Below are positions 36,922-47,317 of a stretch of DNA of 61,763 nucleotides, in pieces. Every line of letters begins with the position of its first letter. Position 1 is the stretch's first letter. Origin of the DNA: Candidatus Moraniibacteriota bacterium (GTDB lineage: Bacteria > Patescibacteriota > Minisyncoccia > Moranbacterales > UBA2206); NCBI GenBank assembly GCA_003543115.1, contig DPJH01000004.1:1-61763 (forward strand), in the 5' to 3' direction. Below the pieces are notes generated by a model. The model had not been told where the DNA came from. It saw only the letters and a list, made by a program, of their open reading frames with translations, and made no database searches. Position numbers and translations under genes: made by a program.

Positions 36922-37341
36922 ATGCCAACAATCAACCAATTAAAAAGAAAAGTCAGAAAATCAGTTAACAAGAAAACAAAATCACCGGCTTTTCGAAGTG
37001 TTTTTAATACACTGAAAAACAGACCAATTGAAACAGTCAGCCCATTTAAACGAGGGGTCTGCTTGAAAGTGAGCACAACCACTCCAAAAAAACCAAACTC
37101 AGCTCTTCGAAAAATTGCAAGAGTTAAGCTTACTAATGGAATGGAAGTAACAGCTTATATTCCAGGAATAGGACATAATTTACAAGAGCATTCTATTGTC
37201 ATGCTTCGTGGTGGAAGAGTGAAGGACCTTCCAGGAGTGAGATATCATATTGTGCGCGGAGTGCTTGACAGCGCTGGAGTAGCTAATAGGAAACAAGGCC
37301 GCAGCAAATATGGAGCAAAAGTGGAAAAAGCTAAAGAATAA
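36922..37341 (+). CDS. rpsL: 30S ribosomal protein S12
   Basis: MPTINQLKR...[10 protein letters not shown]...; ATG 36922 preferred over TTG 36910. Confidence 0.95.
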   Translation: MPTINQLKRKVRKSVNKKTKSPAFRSVFNTLKNRPIETVSPFKRGVCLKVSTTTPKKPNSALRKIARVKLTNGMEVTAYIPGIGHNLQEHSIVMLRGGRVKDLPGVRYHIVRGVLDSAGVANRKQGRSKYGAKVEKAKE

Positions 37342-37350
37342 TTAAATACT

Positions 37351-37428
37351 AATGTTCGCGAATGGGTAAAAAATGAATGCGAATGATCTATTTCGGATAC
37401 ATTTGTTTAAACATTAGCGACAATTTGC
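37351..37428 (+). repeat. TCGCGAAT...GCGACAAT leader element (family 2)
   Basis: aatgttcgcgaatggg...gaatgcgaatg...acattagcgacaatttgc, ending 5 nt before the rpsG ATG. Confidence 0.5.
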
Positions 37429-37432
37429 ATAT

Positions 37433-37900
37433 ATGCCAAGAAGAAAAAGAATTTTTAAGAAAAATGTTAAACCAGATTCAAAATTTGGTAATTTGCTAGT
37501 GGGAAAATTTGTCGGATATATCATGAAAGAAGGAAAAAGGACTACTTCTGAGAGAATTATGTATGATGCTTTTGATATTATTCACGAGAGAACTAAAAAG
37601 GGAGGACTAAATACTTTTGAACAAGCGATTAAAAACGTAGCTCCACTAGTGGAATTGAAATCAAGAAGAGTCGGTGGTGCTAACTACCAGGTTCCGGTTC
37701 CTGTTTCCGGAGAAAGAAGAACAACTTTGGCTATGCGTTGGATAAATGTGGCTGCCAGTTCAAAAAAAGGAAAAAAAATGGCGGAAAAATTAGCGGATGA
37801 ATTCATTGATGCTTCTAATAAGATTGGAGCTTCCATGAAGAAGAGAGAAGATGTGCATAGGATGGCTGATGCTAATAAGGCTTTCGCTCATTTCGCATAA
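37433..37900 (+). CDS. rpsG: 30S ribosomal protein S7
   Basis: MPRRKR...PDSKF...VELKSRRVGGANYQVP. Confidence 0.95.
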   Translation: MPRRKRIFKKNVKPDSKFGNLLVGKFVGYIMKEGKRTTSERIMYDAFDIIHERTKKGGLNTFEQAIKNVAPLVELKSRRVGGANYQVPVPVSGERRTTLAMRWINVAASSKKGKKMAEKLADEFIDASNKIGASMKKREDVHRMADANKAFAHFA

Positions 37901-37972
37901 TATGAAATTATAATAATTTTTCAGCTATAGTGCCATCTTTGTGGCATTTGGCTTTATAAAATAACAAAAAAA

Positions 37973-40063
37973 ATGGCAAGACAACACACAATGGATCATC
38001 TTCGAAATATTGGGATTATAGCCCATATCGATGCAGGAAAAACAACTACGACTGAGCGCATTTTGTTTTACACCGGAATTACTCATAAAATTGGTGAAGT
38101 GCATGAAGGGGAAGCAACTATGGACTGGATGGAGCAAGAAAGAGAAAGAGGAATTACTATCACTTCAGCAGCGACTACTTGTTATTGGAAAGACCATCAA
38201 ATTAATATCATTGACACCCCTGGACACGTAGACTTCACAGTAGAAGTGGAAAGATCTCTCCGTGTTTTGGATGGAGGAGTGGTTGTTTTTGATGGAAAAG
38301 AAGGAGTAGAGCCGCAATCAGAAACAGTATGGAGACAGGCTGATAAATATGACGTGCCTAGAATTTGTTTTATCAACAAAATCGACAAGGAAGGCGCTGA
38401 TTTCTATTATTCTTTTGATACTATAGGAGAAAGATTGACTCCAAATGCGGTAGCTATTCAGATTCCTATTGGAGAAAGAGGAGATTTTGCAGGCGTGGTA
38501 AATTTGATGAATATGAGAGCCTATACATTTACCGGAGAAATGGGAGAGCAAGTGATTGAAGGTGAGATTCCAGCTGAATATTTGGATAAGGCTAAGGAAT
38601 GGAGAGAAAAGATGGTAGAAAAAATTGCTGAAAATGATGATGTTTTGGTAGAAAAATATTTAAACGGAGCAGAAATTTCCGAGCAAGAATTGAAAGATGC
38701 TCTTCGAAAAGAAGTTATTGGAGGAAAAATTTATCCTGTGCTTACTGGAACCGCTCTTCGAAATAAAGGAGTGCAATTAGTTCTGGATGCTGTTATCGAT
38801 TATCTCCCAAGCCCATTGGATGTTCCTGCTATCAAAGGAACAGCAGTCAATGATGAAACAAGAGAAATCCCAGTTTTGCCAAAAGATGACGCTCCTTTCG
38901 CCGCTTTGGCTTTTAAAGTAGCGACGGATCCATTTGTGGGGCAATTGACATTTTTTAGAGTGTATTCAGGAACAGTCAAGGCTGGATCATATGTTTTGAA
39001 TTCATCCAAGGGAGAAAAGGAAAGAATCGGAAGAATATTGCGCATGCATTCCAATCACAGAGAAGAAATTGAAGAATTGCATGCTGGTGGAATCGGAGCG
39101 CTTGTAGGAATGAAAAATACTACTACAGGAGACACGCTTTGCGATGTGGACAATCAGGTGCTTTTGGAATCAATTACTTTCCCAGATACTGTCATTTCCA
39201 TTGCTATCGAGCCAAAGACCAAGGCTGACCAAGAAAAGATGGGATTTGCTCTTCGCAAATTAGCTGAAGAGGATCCAACTTTCAAAGTGAGAACTGATGA
39301 AGAAACAGGGCAAACTATTATTTCCGGAATGGGCGAGCTTCATTTGGATATTATTGTGGATAGGATGAAAAGAGAATTTAAAGTTGAAGCAAATGTTGGA
39401 CAACCTCAAGTAGCTTATCGTGAAACTATCAAGATGGAGGCTCAGGCTGAAGGAAAATATATCAAGCAATCCGGAGGACGCGGTCAATATGGCCATTGTT
39501 GGATCAGGCTTGCTCCTCAAGAGCCTGGAAAAGGATTTGAATTCGCTAGTGAGATTAAGGGAGGTGCGATTCCTCAGGAATATATTGCCCCAATTGAAAA
39601 AGGAGCAAAAGATGCTATGGATAACGGAGTTTTAGCGGGATATCCAATGGTGGATATAAAGGCAACTGTGTACGATGGATCATTTCATGATGTTGACTCT
39701 TCTGAAGCCGCTTTTCGTATTGCTGGTTCAATGGCTTTCAAGGAAGCGGCTAAGAGAGCTAATCCGGTTATTCTGGAACCTATTATGAAGGTCATTGCCA
39801 TTACTCCGGAATCATTCATGGGAGATGTGGTAGGAGACTTAAACTCCAAGCGAGGAATCATTCGTGAAATGAATGATCGGGGAACAGGAGCATCAAGCGT
39901 GAAAATTATTGATGCAGAAGTTCCGCTTTCATCAATGTTTGGTTATGCCACACAGCTTAGATCTATGACTCAGGGACGCGCTAATTATTCTATGGAGTTT
40001 TCTCATTATGCGGAAGTGCCAAAGAATGTAGCGGAAGAAATTATCAGTGGAAAAAAGAAATAA
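37973..40063 (+). CDS. fusA: Elongation factor G
   Basis: [32 protein letters not shown]. Confidence 0.97.
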   Translation: MARQHTMDHLRNIGIIAHIDAGKTTTTERILFYTGITHKIGEVHEGEATMDWMEQERERGITITSAATTCYWKDHQINIIDTPGHVDFTVEVERSLRVLDGGVVVFDGKEGVEPQSETVWRQADKYDVPRICFINKIDKEGADFYYSFDTIGERLTPNAVAIQIPIGERGDFAGVVNLMNMRAYTFTGEMGEQVIEGEIPAEYLDKAKEWREKMVEKIAENDDVLVEKYLNGAEISEQELKDALRKEVIGGKIYPVLTGTALRNKGVQLVLDAVIDYLPSPLDVPAIKGTAVNDETREIPVLPKDDAPFAALAFKVATDPFVGQLTFFRVYSGTVKAGSYVLNSSKGEKERIGRILRMHSNHREEIEELHAGGIGALVGMKNTTTGDTLCDVDNQVLLESITFPDTVISIAIEPKTKADQEKMGFALRKLAEEDPTFKVRTDEETGQTIISGMGELHLDIIVDRMKREFKVEANVGQPQVAYRETIKMEAQAEGKYIKQSGGRGQYGHCWIRLAPQEPGKGFEFASEIKGGAIPQEYIAPIEKGAKDAMDNGVLAGYPMVDIKATVYDGSFHDVDSSEAAFRIAGSMAFKEAAKRANPVILEPIMKVIAITPESFMGDVVGDLNSKRGIIREMNDRGTGASSVKIIDAEVPLSSMFGYATQLRSMTQGRANYSMEFSHYAEVPKNVAEEIISGKKK

Positions 40064-40076
40064 AGCTTTTTGGAAT

Positions 40077-40111
40077 AAAAAAATCCTTTGCCTGTTGGTG
40101 AAGGATTTTTT
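40077..40111 (+). terminator. Rho-independent terminator of fusA
   Basis: aaaaaaatcctt-tgcctgttggtg-aaggatttttt. Confidence 0.8.
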
Positions 40112-40129
40112 AATTTATAATTTATTGAG

Positions 40130-40138
40130 TTATCCACA
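40130..40138 (+). promoter_or_regulatory. Perfect DnaA-box 9-mer within the 13-nt direct repeat GAGTTATCCACAG
   Basis: gagttatccacag at 40127..40139. An identical 13-mer occurs at 45848..45860. Confidence 0.35.
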
Positions 40139-40254
40139 GAAGATGATTTGACAGTGATGAACACAGTGATATAATATCATCAAGAGAGCGCTGCAGCCTT
40201 TCTTAACTAATAACTTAATATGTCTGCGCTTGAGGTGCAGGCACGACAAACAAA

Positions 40255-40503
40255 ATGCAACAGCAACAAAATGCGCAGTCTTTTGCGCCGGCCCAAGAAA
40301 AAGTTTATGGACAGATGGTAAAAGCGGGAAATAAAACATATTTTATGGATGTGAAAAAAGCCACAAATGGAAGCAACTATCTGACCATCGCCGAATCATA
40401 TAAAAACCAAAAAGGAGAAAAAGTCATCAATCGAATATTGCTTTTCAAAGATCATTTCCAAGAATTTATGGGAGGACTGGAAGAAGTAAAAAAATTTTTA
40501 TAG
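40255..40503 (+). CDS. PUR-alpha-like ssDNA/RNA-binding protein (DUF3276 family)
   Basis: ...KAGNKTYFMDVKKATNGSNYLTIAESYKNQKGEKVINRILLFKDHFQEF... matches the bacterial Pur repeat pattern. Confidence 0.65.
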   Translation: MQQQQNAQSFAPAQEKVYGQMVKAGNKTYFMDVKKATNGSNYLTIAESYKNQKGEKVINRILLFKDHFQEFMGGLEEVKKFL

Positions 40504-40540
40504 CAAATTTCAAGTTTGGATTGCTGAATTGATAAAAAAG

Positions 40541-40580
40541 AAAAAGCGAAGCTGGGATAACACCCAACTTCGCTTTTTTA
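40541..40580. terminator. Bidirectional terminator between convergent genes
   Basis: aaaaagcgaagctggg-ataaca-cccaacttcgctttttt. Confidence 0.8.
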
Positions 40581-40587
40581 GCTCCCC

Positions 40588-41181
40588 CTATATTATCTTA
40601 TAAAATGCTGAACATTGGCGATGATTTGTAACTCTGCCTTCATTGGAGATAAATTCTCCATTGAATCGCGGACATTTTTTCAATTGTTGTCCAATTTCTT
40701 TGACGCCGGTTTTTTCTGGCGGACAATAGGAGCAGCAATAGTTAAATACATTTGGAGGAAGAAAATTTCGGATGTCCGTCATTTCTTGGAAATTTGCATG
40801 TCTTGCCACTCTTATCATTCTGATATTAGTGGTGGTAAGAAAAAGACACTTTTCTCCCTTGCTTACATTCTCTTCTTGATAACGATGAATTATTTCGAGA
40901 AAGGCGCGTTTTCCTTTTACCCGAAGAATCTTTTCCGGCTCCAGATTGCAAACCATCCTAATCTCAACAAATTTACTATGAGGAGTTGACATGAACGCAA
41001 CAATAAAGCGAGGCGTGCCATTCGACATCTCTACCCAAGTTATGCCATCATTGATAATAGAAATTATTTCTTCCGGAGTTTCTGTTAAGAGAGAAGAGTT
41101 AGGTTCCCGGCTAAGATTCCAGATCTTGTCGGCTACTGCTAGTTTCTGTTTGGCTGTAAGCCGGATCCCATTAATTATCAT
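40588..41181 (-). CDS. Hypothetical protein (possible acetyltransferase-like fold with Cys-rich C-terminus)
   Basis: ORF with SD aaggagagg. C-terminal CCSYCPPEK...CPRF...C cluster. Family not recognised. Confidence 0.5.
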   Translation of the reverse strand: MIINGIRLTAKQKLAVADKIWNLSREPNSSLLTETPEEIISIINDGITWVEMSNGTPRFIVAFMSTPHSKFVEIRMVCNLEPEKILRVKGKRAFLEIIHRYQEENVSKGEKCLFLTTTNIRMIRVARHANFQEMTDIRNFLPPNVFNYCCSYCPPEKTGVKEIGQQLKKCPRFNGEFISNEGRVTNHRQCSAFYKII

Positions 41182-41585
41182 ATATCCTCTCCTTTGATTG
41201 AGGTTTGTTGGTAAAGAACGTTGGTTGTATATTATGAAATAAAAAACCCCGCTTTTTACGGGACTATCTTTTTGATTTTTTCAAAACCTAAAGATAATTC
41301 CCTATGGGACTCTCTTCAAGAGTTGGATTGTCATCAATATGCTTTTCATAATGTTGGACGTATTGTAGCAGAAATGAATATGCTTGTCAATTTGAGTTTT
41401 TCATCTATAATAGGAGATGCCGATAGATTTTTTGCTTGAGGTAGTTGATTTTATTTCACCAAGCAAAAAATCTAAAACTTCTTAAACCTTCAGTTTTATA
41501 ATCTTCATACAAATATAATTTTTTGTATTTCAGTTCTTATAAAAATTATGCATTTACCCATTAATCACACTGAGGAGAAAAAGTC

Positions 41586-41999
41586 ATGTTTTTGTCGGAA
41601 TGGGAGGAAAGCCCGCAGAAGAGAAAAGTTGCCTCTGTTAAAAATGAAAATGGCATCCACTGTGATTATTATTGGATGCCAGAAATAGATGGTAGGATTT
41701 TCGTGCATTGCAATGTCGGCACAGAAACCCCCCATTTTTGGTTACTCGAATTTTATTTAGACGATAATGGAAACTTTCTTCATAAGAGTCTCATGAGCAG
41801 CAGGGATGGCGGTATATGTGGAATAAGACTGGGATTTGTTGGGTGTTGCAAAAAAAATGCAATAAGGTGTATCGTAGAAAAGATTATCGATACAACCTTG
41901 TTGGAAAAAACAGAAAGAGAAATCGAGAAGCTTAGAAAAAATCTCGAAAAAATTCTTTCGTCCATGAAATTTCGTGAACGAGAAATGAGTTATTGCTAA
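41586..41999 (+). CDS. Hypothetical protein
   Basis: ORF with SD gaggag 8 nt upstream. No recognisable family. Confidence 0.5.
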   Translation: MFLSEWEESPQKRKVASVKNENGIHCDYYWMPEIDGRIFVHCNVGTETPHFWLLEFYLDDNGNFLHKSLMSSRDGGICGIRLGFVGCCKKNAIRCIVEKIIDTTLLEKTEREIEKLRKNLEKILSSMKFREREMSYC

Positions 42000-42186
42000 G
42001 CCTTTATTTCTGGAAAAATCAGCCCAGGCGCCATACTGAAACAACGGTATTGCGCCTTATTTAATTTATAAAAAAAACACGCTCTTGCAAGATGGAAAAA
42101 AGAAACTTCAATTATTTTTTGTTGCAATTAGCATGCCGGGCAGATTTTTTAATTTGGTGGTATAATAGGAATATAAAATTAAAAAC

Positions 42187-42420
42187 ATGGAAAAAAATAA
42201 AAAAGTGACTTGTAAAACAGGGCTCAAGAAAAATATCTTGAAAAAGGATGTCTTTGATCGAGAAATGGCACTTTGTAAGAAACTAGCTCAAGAAAATGGC
42301 AACAAATGCGGGTGGGGAGTTTGCGCTAAATGCGGAGTTTTGCCGCTCCTCTATAAGCTTCATAAAGGAATTTTACTGGAAAAACCGGAAGAAATAAAAG
42401 AAATTAAAAGCGCGCTTTAA
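42187..42420 (+). CDS. Hypothetical small Cys-containing protein
   Basis: KCGWGVCAKCGV motif, preceded by tggtataat. Confidence 0.45.
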   Translation: MEKNKKVTCKTGLKKNILKKDVFDREMALCKKLAQENGNKCGWGVCAKCGVLPLLYKLHKGILLEKPEEIKEIKSAL

Positions 42421-42490
42421 AAAATGCATATTTTTTAATTAAGCATTTTTTGGTATATAATGACAACAGTTAATAAAAATTATTAAAAAT

Positions 42491-42655
42491 ATGCAAAAAA
42501 TAAAAGTTGAACAACATGGCTTCACCGCTTTCTCGTGGTTTGCCGGATGGCTTTTCACCATCGGCTTTCTTCATCTGGCTTTTTGGAAAGGAGTCTTAGC
42601 TGTGGTGCTATGGCCATATTATATAGGACTGGCAGTGAGCAATTTAGTCCAATAG
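42491..42655 (+). CDS. Hypothetical 54-aa two-helix membrane protein
   Basis: Not in the ORF track. MQKIKVEQHGFTAFSWFAGWLFTIGFLHLAFWKGVLAVVLWPYYIGLAVSNLVQ, preceded by ttggtatataat. Confidence 0.4.
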   Translation: MQKIKVEQHGFTAFSWFAGWLFTIGFLHLAFWKGVLAVVLWPYYIGLAVSNLVQ

Positions 42656-42677
42656 GTTTGTTTTAATTTTTCACCAC

Positions 42678-42944
42678 ATGAAAAATAATCCTCAAAATGA
42701 TTTACAAAAAATTCCCGGAGTCGGAAAGAGCATTGCCGAAGATCTGATAGCTTTGGGAATTTTTTCGGTAGACGATTTGAAAGGCAAAAACCCTGAGGAA
42801 CTCTATGAGAAATCCAATGCACTGGCAGGAATGAAACAGGATCGCTGTCTGCTCTACGTTTTTCGAGAAGCTGTTTATTTTGCTGAGACAAAAAATCCCA
42901 AGCCGGAACTTCTGAAGTGGTGGAATTGGAAAGATAAAAAATAA
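42678..42944 (+). CDS. Helix-hairpin-helix domain protein (Cdd1/pathogenicity-locus-like)
   Basis: LQKIPGVGKSIAEDLIALGIFSVDDLKGKNPEELY. Confidence 0.6.
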   Translation: MKNNPQNDLQKIPGVGKSIAEDLIALGIFSVDDLKGKNPEELYEKSNALAGMKQDRCLLYVFREAVYFAETKNPKPELLKWWNWKDKK

Positions 42945-42960
42945 TTTTTAAAATAAAAAA

Positions 42961-43311
42961 ATGAAAGAAGTCATCAAAGATAAAAATTTAGTAGCCTATT
43001 GCGGATTGTATTGCGGAGCCTGCAAAAGATATTTGAATGACAAATGTCCGGGATGCCAGAAAAATGAAAAAGCCAAATGGTGCCAGTTGCGCTCTTGCTG
43101 CATAGAGAGAAGCTTCAGTAGTTGCGCTGATTGTCAGACTTTTTCTGATCCTATGGAGTGCAAAAAATTCAATACTTTTTTTTCCAAAATATTCGGTCTC
43201 TTGTTTAAATCAGATCGAAGGGCTTGCATAGAGCGAATCAGGGAAATAGGTGTGGAAAATTATACTCAAGAGATGGCAGAAAAGAAAGTTCATTCTATCA
43301 AGAAAAAATAA
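42961..43311 (+). CDS. DUF3795 domain-containing Cys-rich protein
   Basis: AYCGLYCGACKRY...CPGCQ...C.LRSCC...SCADC pattern. Confidence 0.65.
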   Translation: MKEVIKDKNLVAYCGLYCGACKRYLNDKCPGCQKNEKAKWCQLRSCCIERSFSSCADCQTFSDPMECKKFNTFFSKIFGLLFKSDRRACIERIREIGVENYTQEMAEKKVHSIKKK

Positions 43312-43333
43312 TTTATTGGAGAGAAACAAAAAG

Positions 43334-43537
43334 ATGGAACAGGAAATACTAAAAAAATTAGAAGAACAAGACAAAAAAATCGAGTCCATTTGGGGAAGCG
43401 TAGAAAAAACTAGAAAATATTTTCTAGCCACGATCATTTTGACAGTGGCAATGACAGTCTTGCCTTTGATCGGTCTTGTCATTGCTGTTCCTTTTATCCT
43501 GAATACATTCTTTCAGGCTTACGGAGGATTATTATAG
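43334..43537 (+). CDS. Hypothetical small membrane protein
   Basis: MEQEILKKLEEQDKKIESIW... followed by one long hydrophobic segment. ATG 43334 chosen within ORF 43250..43537. Confidence 0.4.
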   Translation: MEQEILKKLEEQDKKIESIWGSVEKTRKYFLATIILTVAMTVLPLIGLVIAVPFILNTFFQAYGGLL

Positions 43538-43552
43538 ATTTAGGATAAAAAA

Positions 43553-45160
43553 ATGCTAGAAAAACAACTGGAAAAATATTTTAGCTTTTCTCAATTCCGT
43601 TCGGGACAAAAAGAGATAATCGAAAGTATCTTGGAAAAAAAAGATGTAGTGGCTCTGATGCCGACTGGCGGAGGAAAGTCTTTGTGCTATCAACTGCCGG
43701 CAATTTTAAGTGAAAATACAACCGTCATTATTTCACCGCTCATTGCTCTTATGAAAGACCAGGTGGATTCTCTGGCGGCTCGAGGAATTCCAGCTACTTT
43801 CATCAATAGTTCGCTGGAATTTCCTGAAATGGAGAAGCGGTTGCAAGACATTCGTTTGGGAAAAACAAAAATTGTTTATATTGCTCCGGAAAGATTTGCC
43901 AATATTTCTTTTCGCAAGTTGTTTTCCACTTTGGAAATTTCACTTTTTGCAGTAGATGAAGCTCATTGCGTTTCGCAGTGGGGCCATGATTTTCGTCCGG
44001 ATTATTTGGAGATAGGAAAATATATAAAAACACTTCCAAAAAGGCCGTCTGTAGCAGCATTTACTGCGACTGCTACTCCGGAAGTAAAAGATGACATCAT
44101 TGCCAGATTGGATTTGCAGGATCCCCGGATTTTTATCCGTGGCTTTGACCGTCCGAATATAAAATTTTTTGCTCAGGCCAATCTCACTCCAACCCAAAGA
44201 CTGGATGAGGTCTTGCGTATCATAAAATCGCTTGATGGTTCGGGAATTGTCTATTCTCTTTCTAGAAAAAACGCGGAAGACATCGCTAGATATTTACAAA
44301 AAAACAATATTAGCGCTCAAGCCTATCATGCCGGCATGAATGCTTCCCGGAGAGAGAAAATTCAAAATGACTTTATGGAAAACCGATTTAAAGTGATTGT
44401 GGCGACAGTGGCTTTTGGCATGGGAGTAGATAAAGCTGATATTCGCTATGTCATCCATTGCGGCATGCCGGGCAGTTTGGAAGGTTATTATCAGGAAGCA
44501 GGAAGGGCGGGCCGAGACGGAGAAAAATCTTTTTGTATCCTTCTTCATGGTAAGCGAGACGTGACCACGCATAAATATTTTATTCGAATCGATCGGCAAA
44601 ACATGATGGCTCAAGGAAAGAGCTATGGTGAAATTTCTCGAGTTTTGGATATTAAATACAGCCGATTAGAAAAAATGATTGATTATGCTACCGCAAAAAA
44701 ATGCCGAAGAAAAATAATTCTTGAATATTTCAATGACCCGGATATGGAAGAAAAAGAAGAAAATTGCAAAGGATGCGATGTATGCCTTAATTGGAAAAAG
44801 ATAGAAGATAAAAAATCAAAGGATCGAAAAAGCAAAATAAGAAGAAAAGATGAACTTAGTGAGACTGTTATGGAAACAGTTCGTTTATATGGTCAAGGAT
44901 ACCCGCCGGATAAAATTGCCAAAATCAGAAGCTTAGGAGCGAGCACTATTTTCAATCATCTTGTATTATGGTATTTGGGAGGCGGAGATTTTCCGATAGA
45001 AAAATTTGTCAGTTCTCAAGAAGAAAAGCAAATTTTGGAAGTGTTGCCGGATCTAGGTAGTCCTCATATCTTGCGAGCTATCAAGGATCAACTTCCAGAA
45101 GACATCAGTTATGAAAAAATCCGCTTGATCATTGCTAAGAGGCAGAAGAATAGATTATAA
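43553..45160 (+). CDS. recQ: ATP-dependent DNA helicase RecQ
   Basis: [71 protein letters not shown]. Confidence 0.93.
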   Translation: MLEKQLEKYFSFSQFRSGQKEIIESILEKKDVVALMPTGGGKSLCYQLPAILSENTTVIISPLIALMKDQVDSLAARGIPATFINSSLEFPEMEKRLQDIRLGKTKIVYIAPERFANISFRKLFSTLEISLFAVDEAHCVSQWGHDFRPDYLEIGKYIKTLPKRPSVAAFTATATPEVKDDIIARLDLQDPRIFIRGFDRPNIKFFAQANLTPTQRLDEVLRIIKSLDGSGIVYSLSRKNAEDIARYLQKNNISAQAYHAGMNASRREKIQNDFMENRFKVIVATVAFGMGVDKADIRYVIHCGMPGSLEGYYQEAGRAGRDGEKSFCILLHGKRDVTTHKYFIRIDRQNMMAQGKSYGEISRVLDIKYSRLEKMIDYATAKKCRRKIILEYFNDPDMEEKEENCKGCDVCLNWKKIEDKKSKDRKSKIRRKDELSETVMETVRLYGQGYPPDKIAKIRSLGASTIFNHLVLWYLGGGDFPIEKFVSSQEEKQILEVLPDLGSPHILRAIKDQLPEDISYEKIRLIIAKRQKNRL

Positions 45161-45164
45161 AATA

Positions 45165-45494
45165 ATGAATAATATGAAAAAAATAACTGAATTTCAAAAA
45201 TTAGTTTATAAGGAAACAAAAAAAATTCCATATGGAAAAGTTTCTACCTATGCTCAAATTGCAAAAAATATTGGAAATCCTAAAGCGTCGCGGGCCGTCG
45301 GCAACGCTTTGAATATAAATCCCTTTGCACCTGTTGTTCCATGCCACAGAGTAGTGAGAACCGGTGGAAAAATCGGAGGTTTTGCTTCTGGGGAAAAAGA
45401 AAAAATAATTATATTGAAAAAAGAGGGCGTATTGGTGCGTCAGGGAAAAATAGTTGATTTCACCAAGGTATTTTTTAAAAAGAAAATTAAATAA
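45165..45494 (+). CDS. ogt: Methylated-DNA--protein-cysteine methyltransferase family (DNA-binding/active-site domain only)
   Basis: IPYGKVSTYAQIA...ASRAVGNAL..NP...VPCHRVV. Confidence 0.85.
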   Translation: MNNMKKITEFQKLVYKETKKIPYGKVSTYAQIAKNIGNPKASRAVGNALNINPFAPVVPCHRVVRTGGKIGGFASGEKEKIIILKKEGVLVRQGKIVDFTKVFFKKKIK

Positions 45495-45570
45495 AATTTC
45501 TTTTACAAATCATCTTTAAGTGGTATAATTTTAATTAAGAATAGAAATTTAATTGTGTAAGTAAATTTTT

Positions 45571-45846
45571 ATGTTAGATAAAAAACTTAGAGAAGTTATG
45601 GAGCTTTTGGGAGGGAAAGCGGTGATAAAAGAAGGCGATCAGTTTTTTGTAGTCATGAATCTGCGAGAATTCAAGAAAATAAAACAAGAGAGTCTCGAAG
45701 GTTTGACAAAGCAAGACTTAATTGATAAAATCAATAATAATATTGCAACTTGGAAATTCATCCAAGAGCAGAAACAAACCGAATCGATTGAGCTTGAGGA
45801 ATTGGGAGATATTCCGGATCAGGAAATAGTGTATGAGAAGGCGTAG
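45571..45846 (+). CDS. Hypothetical protein
   Basis: ORF preceded by tggtataat. No confident family (faint antitoxin-like N-terminus only). Confidence 0.4.
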   Translation: MLDKKLREVMELLGGKAVIKEGDQFFVVMNLREFKKIKQESLEGLTKQDLIDKINNNIATWKFIQEQKQTESIELEELGDIPDQEIVYEKA

Positions 45847-45850
45847 AGAG

Positions 45851-45859
45851 TTATCCACA
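45851..45859 (+). promoter_or_regulatory. Perfect DnaA-box 9-mer within the 13-nt direct repeat GAGTTATCCACAG
   Basis: gagttatccacag at 45848..45860, in the spacer upstream of tuf. Confidence 0.35.
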
Positions 45860-45920
45860 GGAAAATAACAGGAAAAAACTTGCCAAGATTTAAAAGATAT
45901 TATAAAATAGATTTTGTTAA

Positions 45921-46020
45921 GTAAAATAATAAATTAATTCGAATTTATTTGCGAATCCGGGTTTTTAGTTCGGATTTTCCGTTAATTGGCGGAATGTCAA
46001 ATAAACGAATATATAATAAA
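45921..46020 (+). repeat. GCGAAT-motif-rich leader upstream of tuf (family 2-like)
   Basis: attcgaat ttatttgcgaat ... ttggcggaat ... aacgaat: four (Y)GCGAAT-like motifs. Confidence 0.4.
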
Positions 46021-46024
46021 AAAT

Positions 46025-47218
46025 ATGGCAGCAGCACAATTTGAAAGAACCAAACCTCATGTAAACGTCGGCACTATCGGACACGTTGATCATGGGAAAA
46101 CAACTCTAACAGCAGCTATCCTCCATGTGTTGGCTTTTAAAGGCCAAGCAAAGGAAAAAGGGATTGATGAAATTGACAAAGCTCCTGAAGAAAAGGAACG
46201 CGGAATCACTATTGCAACCGCTCACTGTGAGTATGAATCAGAAAAGAGACATTACGCTCATGTGGATTGTCCGGGACATGCTGACTACATCAAAAACATG
46301 ATTACTGGTGCTGCTCAAATGGATGGCGCTATCTTGGTTGTGGCTGCAACCGATGGTCCTATGCCGCAAACCAGAGAACACATTCTTCTTGCAAAACAAG
46401 TGGGCGTGCCTGAAATCGTAGTTTTCCTTAATAAAGTTGATATGGTGGACGATGAAGAGTTGGTTGAATTGGTTGAAGCTGAAGTAAGAGAACTGCTTAC
46501 AAAATATGAATTTGATGGAGATAACGCTAAAATTATCCGTGGTTCAGCCTTGAAGGCTCTTGAATCTAAATCTGCTGATGAAGATGCGGCTAAACCAGTC
46601 TTGGATTTGATTGCTGCTATTGACGAAAAGATTCCAGATCCGGTTCGTGAAACTGATAAGCCATTCTTATTGCCAATTGAAGATATTTTTTCAATTGAAG
46701 GTCGTGGAACGGTAGTAACAGGAAGAATTGAAAGAGGAACAATTAGCATTAATGAAGAAATTGAAATTGTTGGTATTAGACCAACTGCAAAAACTGTAGT
46801 AACAGGCATTGAAATGTTTAATAAATCTCTTTCTGAAGGAAGAGCCGGAGATAATGCAGGACTTCTTCTTCGGGGTATTAAGAAAGAAGATGTAGAAAGA
46901 GGTCAAGTTCTTGCAAAAACCGGATCAATTACCCCACACACTGAATTTGAAGGAGAAGTATATATTCTAACCAAGGAAGAAGGTGGAAGACATACCCCAT
47001 TCTTCAAGGGTTACAAGCCTCAATTCTATGTTAGAACAACTGATGTAACAGGAGAAGTTTTTCTTCCAGAAGGAACTGAAATGGTAATGCCAGGAGATAC
47101 GATTAATTTCAATGTTAAACTTGGAGCTCCTGTGGCTATGGAAGAAGGAATGAGATTCGCAATTCGAGAAGGAGGCAGAACAGTTGGAGCTGGAGTAGTT
47201 ACTAAAATCATAAAATAG
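46025..47218 (+). CDS. tuf: Elongation factor Tu
   Basis: [34 protein letters not shown] 46025 preferred over TTG 45986. Confidence 0.97.
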   Translation: MAAAQFERTKPHVNVGTIGHVDHGKTTLTAAILHVLAFKGQAKEKGIDEIDKAPEEKERGITIATAHCEYESEKRHYAHVDCPGHADYIKNMITGAAQMDGAILVVAATDGPMPQTREHILLAKQVGVPEIVVFLNKVDMVDDEELVELVEAEVRELLTKYEFDGDNAKIIRGSALKALESKSADEDAAKPVLDLIAAIDEKIPDPVRETDKPFLLPIEDIFSIEGRGTVVTGRIERGTISINEEIEIVGIRPTAKTVVTGIEMFNKSLSEGRAGDNAGLLLRGIKKEDVERGQVLAKTGSITPHTEFEGEVYILTKEEGGRHTPFFKGYKPQFYVRTTDVTGEVFLPEGTEMVMPGDTINFNVKLGAPVAMEEGMRFAIREGGRTVGAGVVTKIIK

Positions 47219-47317
47219 GTTATTCTTTGAGCCGCTTAATCAAAAAACTTGACATAAGCGGCTTTATAGAGTAAATTTTATAAATACACTAAATAAAGAA
47301 AATTTTTCATTAAAAAG

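Noticed and set aside
41221-41439. 72-aa ORF with a TTG start between divergent genes
   Set aside because: It has no ATG start, no SD, a hydrophobic low-complexity translation, and it overlaps a likely promoter. It is kept only as a remark, not as a feature.
2269-45859. Chromosomal replication origin (oriC), based on perfect DnaA boxes
   Set aside because: The four boxes are 6-26 kb apart and never clustered. No dnaA or dnaN gene, or AT-rich unwinding element with adjacent box cluster, is present.
46315-46809. Long antisense or overlapping ORFs in the six-frame track (e.g. 46315..46809 in tuf, 20934..21362 in ftsZ, 16998..17387, 52515..52817, 60302..60793, 12074..12295)
   Set aside because: They lie opposite or out of frame within strongly conserved genes, have low-complexity or Ser/Leu/Phe-rich translations, and lack start context. 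They are typical shadow ORFs.
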